Below are positions 25,912 through 31,179 of a stretch of DNA of 31,179 bases, piece after piece. The notes below the pieces were generated by a model. It was not told the DNA's origin and searched no databases. It was given only the letters and a program-made list of their open reading frames with translations. The DNA lies in IMG/VR virus record IMGVR_UViG_3300033493_000011, positions 1 to 31,179 of that record. One strand, written 5' to 3'. The DNA is from a virus. Lineage: Duplodnaviria > Caudoviricetes. Both the position numbers and the translations under genes were made by a program. Numbering within the stretch: position 1 is the stretch's first letter; every line of letters begins with the position of its first letter.

Positions 25912-26430
25912 CCATTGCAATGAATCCCTGGGGCCTCGCGCTACTGAGGCGATGTGGCGTTACCAAGTGGCACTTGGCATAGCTGGCACTTGATCCCGAC
26001 CCCTCCACCCTAGAAATGGGCCACATGACGGGCTTCATCTGCGTGTCTCAACGGCATTAGGGTGCTTTCTCATCGTAGCCTTCACAGCCCGGCTCTGCGC
26101 CGGTCTCTGGCCCCGTATTCCGCATTGGCTTCCACGCCGCCCAGGGAATTGAAACCGGATGGTGGCCCATCATTTTGCGAACGCCACTATTTTTTGATGG
26201 CCTGCACTTTCGTTATCGAGCCTCGGCGTTTACACGTCTTGGCACAGGCATCCGGTATTGGTTTGCTGGATGGTGCATTGCTTTTAAGGCCAATGAATGA
26301 GGGCCACTAGGGTTTGAGCGTCTGGTTATCATCCAGCCAACATCCCTAGCCGTGTATCTCCCCTTGCACCTGGGGCGGGTGATGGGCCCGCTTCCGCCTG
26401 CATCCAGCGATTTCAAAGATCAACTCAACA
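25885..26430 (-). ncRNA. Candidate large structured ncRNA (~540 nt)
   Basis: No credible ORF in an otherwise gapless genome; upstream promoter, downstream terminator, three consecutive domains each closed by an 8-bp helix. Confidence 0.6.
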
Positions 26431-26435
26431 TGACC

Positions 26436-26463
26436 ATTCTAGGCCGTGCCACTTCCCCGTCAA
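26436..26463 (-). promoter_or_regulatory. Sigma70-like promoter
   Basis: TTGACG-16 nt-TAGAAT on the minus strand. Confidence 0.65.
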
Positions 26464-26699
26464 GGGGTTTTCATCTTCCACGCCTTGTAAACTGTCGCCA
26501 TACAAACCCTATGATGCCGCATGGCGAGCTTGTAATCCCGGCATGGATCGGCATGGATGGCTGCTAGCGTGATTCTGTGTTCGTCAACCATCTGAGACCG
26601 CCGAAGGTCAGCAGCGGCCCTTGCTGCCACCTCAGCCGCGTTTGCCACGCCCTGCTCATGGAGGATTGAGGCCAGGAAGGTGGTGAGGAAGTCGGTCAC
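26460..26699 (-). CDS. Small protein with C-terminal HTH-like segment
   Basis: GTG at 26699 overlaps upstream TGA; YKLAMRHHRVCMATVYKAWK. Confidence 0.6.
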   Translation of the reverse strand: MTDFLTTFLASILHEQGVANAAEVAARAAADLRRSQMVDEHRITLAAIHADPCRDYKLAMRHHRVCMATVYKAWKMKTP

Positions 26700-26893
26700 A
26701 GATCGACCATCGACAAAAGCGCTCCCACGGCTAGAAGCGGGGCCGCGATGGTGATTGTCAATGGTGCAAGTGGGATAGTGAGCAACACGCCGAGGAGCCG
26801 AACCCATTTCTTCGGGTGACCTTCGACCAGATGCATGATCGGCAATCCGATCCAGAATGCAATGTCTAGAATCTTATCGGCCCAAGTGTTCAC
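26696..26893 (-). CDS. Small membrane protein
   Basis: Hydrophobic, GTGA-coupled. Confidence 0.65.
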   Translation of the reverse strand: MNTWADKILDIAFWIGLPIMHLVEGHPKKWVRLLGVLLTIPLAPLTITIAAPLLAVGALLSMVDL

Positions 26894-27123
26894 AGCTTCT
26901 CCAGCGCGGCGCTGAATGCTTCAATGGCATTAGTAAATTCCTGGGGAAGCTGGATCAAATGTCCTAGCTCTTCTGTCTGTGAATCGTTCTCGGCTTGAAT
27001 CGCCGCCTCCAGCACGGCTAGGATCTTGGGGGCTAGTTCTACCATCACATCCTTATGGTAGGTCATCCAATGTGCATAGCGGTTTGGGTCATTAGCCCAT
27101 TCCTTCAGTTCCTCAAGCCTCAT
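26890..27123 (-). CDS. Hypothetical protein
   Basis: Starts 3 nt after the terL stop; coupled to the next gene. Confidence 0.7.
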   Translation of the reverse strand: MRLEELKEWANDPNRYAHWMTYHKDVMVELAPKILAVLEAAIQAENDSQTEELGHLIQLPQEFTNAIEAFSAALEKL

Positions 27124-27126
27124 CTC

Positions 27127-28404
27127 TCACCCCATCCAGCTATTATCGGTCATCCTGCCACGCCGCGCAAGCATGGCCTCGAAATCGTCCTCTTCCTGAA
27201 CCTCTACCTTGTTCTTCAGCCCAAACTTGATGATCGGCTCAAGGCCGTAACGGGCAGCCGCCCAAGTGTTATCGAACTTCCCAGTCGTAGTGCGGAGAAT
27301 GTCGCCGGTCAAGCGGTCCTTCTTCCAACTCCAGTTCTTCGCCTCTTCCTGGGCCAACTTGCAGCGCGGGTGGATAATTATGTTCTTGTAGGTCCGGAGG
27401 TGGTCAATGCCGTCCTCTTCGCAGCCCTTCCACTTCTCACACGCTACTACTCGGTTGTATCCGGCCCGTCTGACTGCGCTGATCGTCTCGGGTCGGCTTG
27501 AGTCAGCCCGCGCGATGTAATTCCTAGCGCCTGGGATCTCATCCCACAGGGCAGGCAGATCATCCGTGTCCACTTCAAGCCCAGCGGCTTCATACTCGAT
27601 GTAGAGATCGCCCTCCCAGATCCACATACGGATCATCGTGCCAGCGTCCTGGCTGAACCCGAAGTCAATCCCGTGGTAGGGGCCATCCCACAGCCCCTCG
27701 ACCGGCGTAAACTCGCGGACCTTCCAGCGGCCACGGAGGATCTGGGCATCGCTCACACGACGATAACCACCCCCCCAAACGTGGTGGGCTGTGTCCGGGT
27801 CCACTTGGTAGAGGTAATCCTTTTCCTTCTTCAATACGTCCGGGAACCACGGATTATCCTGCCAGTTCATCTCCACCACAACACAATCAGGCGGGGAATG
27901 CTTCACGAACCGCACGTCAACCGGGTCCGTTTCCTCATCCGGATTGTAGGTAATCCAGATTTCCGAGCCAGCCTTGCGAATTGTCGGGATCAATAACTCC
28001 CAGCTTCTATCACTTACAGTATGTGCTTCCTCAACCCACACGATGTCGATACCTTCAAAACTCTTGATTGACTCACTTGTGAGGTTGCCGAGCCCCTGGA
28101 AAATGAACTCTGTCCCGTTATGCCCCTTTATTTCTGTTTTCAGCACGTCGTAATAGCTTGACATTCCAAGCAATTCGATCTGATCCAGGATCAGTTTATA
28201 CGACGAATCCTTGATGCTCTTCTGAACCTCACGGGCGCATAGAATGCGCTTCTTCGACTGCAACCCCAACGCTGGCAATACTCTACCCACAGACCAAGAC
28301 TTAGCCGAGCCGCGCCCGCCCTTGATCACCTTGTATCGGTGTGGGGTGAACAGTGGCCCGGCCAGCTTGGCTGGGATCTCGATGTTGACGTCCTGGCTAC
28401 CCAT
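27127..28404 (-). CDS. terL: Terminase large subunit (PBSX/Terminase_3 type)
   Basis: GGRGSAKS Walker A, LCAREVQKSI, WVEEA Walker B, GIDFGF nuclease motif. Confidence 0.95.
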   Translation of the reverse strand: MGSQDVNIEIPAKLAGPLFTPHRYKVIKGGRGSAKSWSVGRVLPALGLQSKKRILCAREVQKSIKDSSYKLILDQIELLGMSSYYDVLKTEIKGHNGTEFIFQGLGNLTSESIKSFEGIDIVWVEEAHTVSDRSWELLIPTIRKAGSEIWITYNPDEETDPVDVRFVKHSPPDCVVVEMNWQDNPWFPDVLKKEKDYLYQVDPDTAHHVWGGGYRRVSDAQILRGRWKVREFTPVEGLWDGPYHGIDFGFSQDAGTMIRMWIWEGDLYIEYEAAGLEVDTDDLPALWDEIPGARNYIARADSSRPETISAVRRAGYNRVVACEKWKGCEEDGIDHLRTYKNIIIHPRCKLAQEEAKNWSWKKDRLTGDILRTTTGKFDNTWAAARYGLEPIIKFGLKNKVEVQEEDDFEAMLARRGRMTDNSWMG

Positions 28405-28924
28405 TAGGCTTCACCGGGAGGATATTGAGTGACACAGGGGCCGCATCGTCTCTTCCGGGCTCCTTGAGGCCCTTCCCGGCCGTGAGCAACCCCATCCCCA
28501 TCTGCCCCGCCTTGTTCGCCAGCTCAGTGCAGGCGGCCACGGTTCGCATATCCTCAGCGGTTGAGCCAGGCTGAATCTCCTGCGCCGCCCTGAGCCCGTG
28601 CTTCGCCATGATCCGAGCCGTCTCCCCCTGAATTCTGGCCGTCTCAACTAGTTGATTCGTAAGGCCTTTTAGATGATCGGCGAGCGTTCGGACCGATATT
28701 CGGTCAGTAATCGGCATACGGTCAAAATCTGATTCCGCAGTTGCTAGCCTCTCTGCTACGTCTTTGATAGTTTCCATCCGGTCAGAAAACCGCCCTACAA
28801 GAGTAGATTTGGCTACCTTCATGTCCTTTGCGACTTTGGCGTATGATTCCCCAGCGGCCAGCTTACGGGCGGCTTCGGCCCATTGCCTGTCATCCAGCTT
28901 CGAGGGGCGGCCCGCCTTACCCAT
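28397..28924 (-). CDS. terS: Terminase small subunit (HTH)
   Basis: GRPSKL + HTH N-terminus; overlaps the terL start; GGAGG RBS. Confidence 0.75.
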   Translation of the reverse strand: MGKAGRPSKLDDRQWAEAARKLAAGESYAKVAKDMKVAKSTLVGRFSDRMETIKDVAERLATAESDFDRMPITDRISVRTLADHLKGLTNQLVETARIQGETARIMAKHGLRAAQEIQPGSTAEDMRTVAACTELANKAGQMGMGLLTAGKGLKEPGRDDAAPVSLNILPVKPNG

Positions 28925-29024
28925 GCGTCCTCCCCGTCCTAGCCTGATTCTGCTTCCTGACCATCCGGCCAAACTTCCGGCGCTCTCGCTTGGTGTAGGT
29001 TTGTCTTGCCCAGTGTGCGGTCAC
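28917..29024 (-). CDS. Arg-rich 35-aa peptide (MTAHWARQTYTKRERRKFGRMVRKQNQARTGRTHG)
   Basis: Translated manually; overlaps both neighbours. Confidence 0.55.
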   Translation of the reverse strand: MTAHWARQTYTKRERRKFGRMVRKQNQARTGRTHG

Positions 29025-29182
29025 TTGAACGCCTCCCGGTGCCACTCAAGCCAAAGCTGGAGGCTCAGGAGTGACACAACGGCAGCCGAGGCAATGGTGT
29101 AGAACCCCGGCTTCACAATGGCGCTCACAAGCCAGACCCCAGCGAGGAGGCACGGGCCGTAGTCTTTTGTCTTGGCATTCAT
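29021..29182 (-). CDS. Small membrane protein
   Basis: ATGA-coupled; two hydrophobic stretches. Confidence 0.6.
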   Translation of the reverse strand: MNAKTKDYGPCLLAGVWLVSAIVKPGFYTIASAAVVSLLSLQLWLEWHREAFK

Positions 29183-29292
29183 CGGAACCCCTTTTTGATC
29201 CATCCCCAGAATATGCAGCCTAGAAGTATCAGGAGGATGGCTGATATCCAGGCGACCATGAAGAAGCGGGATGGTTCGTCATCCCGGCTCAT
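29179..29292 (-). CDS. Small single-TM protein
   Basis: MSRDDEP..FFMVAWISAILLILLGCIFWGW; ATGA-coupled. Confidence 0.55.
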   Translation of the reverse strand: MSRDDEPSRFFMVAWISAILLILLGCIFWGWIKKGFR

Positions 29293-29459
29293 AAGTTCTT
29301 GCCTTTCTTGTTTTCCTGGTATTCCTGACTCGTAAGGTGCCAATAGCCGCAGAATGGGCAATAATAGGGCCGCAGGTCCAGTCCCCTAACCTCATGCTCC
29401 CGCCTGCGCTTCAACTCATACGCTTTGGCTTGGCTGTATGGGGGTTTGGTGCATTTCAT
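29289..29459 (-). CDS. Small zinc-ribbon phage protein
   Basis: RPYYCPFCGYWHLTS motif. Confidence 0.7.
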   Translation of the reverse strand: MKCTKPPYSQAKAYELKRRREHEVRGLDLRPYYCPFCGYWHLTSQEYQENKKGKNL

Positions 29460-29626
29460 CGCGGCGCTCCGCAACCATCGCAGGATTTCCGGCCTGGTTT
29501 CTGATCCTTTGCCTTGCGCCCGCAGTAACCGCATTCTCGGTTGCAGCTCTCTTCATACATCTTCTTTTGAAATTCAAATGCAGCCATGTTGTAGGCAGCT
29601 TGCGCAACGGCTGCTTCTACAAACAT
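29456..29626 (-). CDS. Small zinc-finger protein (56 aa, CGYCG...CDGCGAP), absent from ORF track
   Basis: Translated manually; fills the gap with TAATG/ATGA overlaps. Confidence 0.7.
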   Translation of the reverse strand: MFVEAAVAQAAYNMAAFEFQKKMYEESCNRECGYCGRKAKDQKPGRKSCDGCGAPR

Positions 29627-30030
29627 TATTCTTCCCTCGGCTGCTGAATTTTCAACTGCTCATGTGCTGCCTTGAGGAAGTCCAGCCATTCGCTGAATTC
29701 CTTGACGCTGAATTCGCGGGTCCGGTGGCCAATTAGGCAGATACCGCCCTCCCATCCTTGAGCCACTTGGGACGTTTCCTTGCGGAATGCCGAAGTCAGC
29801 AGGTTCTTCCACTCCTCCGGGCTCATCTTGACCCATTGCCCGTTGATGACCCATTTGAAATCCTGGGCTATTTCGTTCAGAATGGGCCACTGAGCCGCGT
29901 TTTGGGTCAGGCCGCGTGTTGGGTCCTGGATTGTGATGACCTGGCCTTCCTGGGCCGCCTGGACGGCTTCTAGGGCCAATCGTCGGCTTGGGTGAGGAGC
30001 GGGCTGGATGATGAACACGGATTTACTCAC
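29626..30030 (-). CDS. ninB: NinB-family recombination accessory protein
   Basis: RGLTQNAAQWPILNEIAQ..W...SPEEWKNL..TREFSVKEFSEWLDFL. Confidence 0.85.
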   Translation of the reverse strand: MSKSVFIIQPAPHPSRRLALEAVQAAQEGQVITIQDPTRGLTQNAAQWPILNEIAQDFKWVINGQWVKMSPEEWKNLLTSAFRKETSQVAQGWEGGICLIGHRTREFSVKEFSEWLDFLKAAHEQLKIQQPREE

Positions 30031-30329
30031 CGGATCACCCTCACATGCCCTTCCTGGAATAACCAGAGCATCGAAGCGTAGAATGACTCCAGGAACATGC
30101 AGTCTTTCTCGTGGCGGGTCAGGCTCCCGGCCCGTCCGTCCAGCCGGTCATGGCACTCCGGGCAGAGGTAGGCCCCAAGATCGTGAGATTTGAGGCCAAT
30201 GCCCTTCCCGTAGCGCAGCCCGTTCGGGTGGCATAACACAATGCGGTCCTTGGCCCAGCTTCCGCAGAATTGGCAGTTTTCTACCTCTTGGGCTAGATCG
30301 CGCATCGCTGCCGAACGGACGTTGCTCAT
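30027..30329 (-). CDS. DUF1364/YbcO-like zinc-binding putative nuclease
   Basis: CQFC..VLCH..GIGLKSHD..AYLCPECHDRLDG; adjacent to ninB. Confidence 0.75.
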   Translation of the reverse strand: MSNVRSAAMRDLAQEVENCQFCGSWAKDRIVLCHPNGLRYGKGIGLKSHDLGAYLCPECHDRLDGRAGSLTRHEKDCMFLESFYASMLWLFQEGHVRVIR

Positions 30330-30904
30330 ACCTTCTTCACCTGATATCCGAGGGCCTTGGCAAGAGCGACAAAGGCGGCTTCGGCTTCGGGCTGGATGGT
30401 GAAAACCGGAGCAGGTTCCACCAACTTGATGGTGTCAGCTTTGACATACCACGGGCCGGAGCCGGGGTCTTCGATCTTCCCAGCATCCTTATGTGTATCA
30501 TGGTATCCCAGGAATTTCCCGACATAACGTGTGGGGTAATTATAACCAAGCCCTTCCACGGTATCCCCCGCCTTGAACTTCGGCGCCTCTTCCTTCTTCG
30601 CTTCCGGCTTCTTCATCTGCTTTGGGGCTGAGGGGACGAGTTCTAACTCATTAATTTCGTATGAGTTATAATGACCATTATTCCATTTTACGCGCGTCCC
30701 GAGTTGACCCAATGGGCTAACCCGTTCGATTACCCCGATACCATCATGCGGGTTATCGTAATAATGTGCCCAATGGCGTTTCCCGGCCGCACTCATCCTC
30801 ACCACATCCCCAACCTTGAACGGGCGCGGCGTGGGATCGGCCTTCGTGAATCGCCCGCGCTCATCACGGACAACCTTGATTGTGGTTTCCTTCGTGTTAG
30901 TCAA
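30326..30904 (-). CDS. Hypothetical protein with SH3/KOW-like repeats
   Basis: AAGGAGG RBS before TTG 30904; FKVGDVV and FKAGDTV repeats. Confidence 0.65.
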   Translation of the reverse strand: MTNTKETTIKVVRDERGRFTKADPTPRPFKVGDVVRMSAAGKRHWAHYYDNPHDGIGVIERVSPLGQLGTRVKWNNGHYNSYEINELELVPSAPKQMKKPEAKKEEAPKFKAGDTVEGLGYNYPTRYVGKFLGYHDTHKDAGKIEDPGSGPWYVKADTIKLVEPAPVFTIQPEAEAAFVALAKALGYQVKKV

Positions 30905-30968
30905 GTTACCCTCCTTGGGGTTAGGTGCAAGGGCCAGGACCATCCCAGCCCTTACAGTGTAGGTTTTT

Positions 30969-31175
30969 CTAGGCGACGCGCCAGACCCTGACGCCGTTTT
31001 CTACGGTGCGACAAGTAAAGGTCCGGCCAAGACGCTTTTTGGCATTCAGTGCCTGCGGGTTGATACGGCGCATCAAACCCCTAAGGCTTTCACCATCTTT
31101 GGGCACCAAAAGGAAAGAATCCCCAACCTCCATTTCTTTCCATGGGTAGATATTATAAGGCCTACGGTTAGGCAT
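30969..31175 (-). CDS. Small putative DNA-binding phage protein
   Basis: YPWKEMEVGDSF...GVRVWRVA motif common in phages. Confidence 0.75.
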   Translation of the reverse strand: MPNRRPYNIYPWKEMEVGDSFLLVPKDGESLRGLMRRINPQALNAKKRLGRTFTCRTVENGVRVWRVA

Positions 31176-31179
31176 AGGA

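Larger units (their letters stand above)
1..31179. mobile_element. P22-like tailed phage/prophage genome segment
   Basis: TerS-TerL, P22-type portal, scaffold, coat, gp4/gp10-like and ejection genes, tailspike, NinB, ERF and YqaJ; no recognisable host housekeeping genes; no tape measure gene. Confidence 0.95.

Noticed and set aside
25856-26567. Short ORFs in the non-coding interval (25856-26038, 26062-26310, 26213-26416, 26352-26567)
   Set aside because: No clear RBS or translational coupling, mixed strands, atypical composition; one runs through the terminator.
1-31179. Integron integrase, phage integrase, tRNA genes, att sites
   Set aside because: No tyrosine recombinase motifs in any ORF and no tRNA cloverleaf recognised; they may lie outside the window.

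Overview
The window is about 31 kb of a P22-like (podovirus-type) tailed phage or prophage, truncated at both ends. The + strand arm (1-6995) is an early operon: pentapeptide-repeat protein, ERF-family annealase, YqaJ exonuclease and many small, tightly coupled ORFs. It converges on a - strand arm (31179-6982): nin-like genes, TerS/TerL, a lysis block with a Tlde1/DUF2778-like enzyme, then portal, scaffold, coat, gp4/gp10-like tail proteins, three ejection proteins and two receptor-binding proteins. Two things stand out. (1) The early operon contains an array of six one-gene cassettes (3483-5503) separated by five complete integron attC-like sites plus two degenerate ends, with no integrase in the window. 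Their extrahelical bases put the sites in the opposite polarity to normal, so each attC sits at the 5' end of its gene and can carry its RBS and start codon. (2) A ~540-nt unit with its own promoter and terminator and no credible ORF lies between terminase and lysis genes and can be folded by eye into three multi-helix domains (candidate large phage ncRNA). It is followed by a switch-like leader in front of the lysin candidate. Protein family calls come from motif recognition and synteny only; no searches or folding programs were run.
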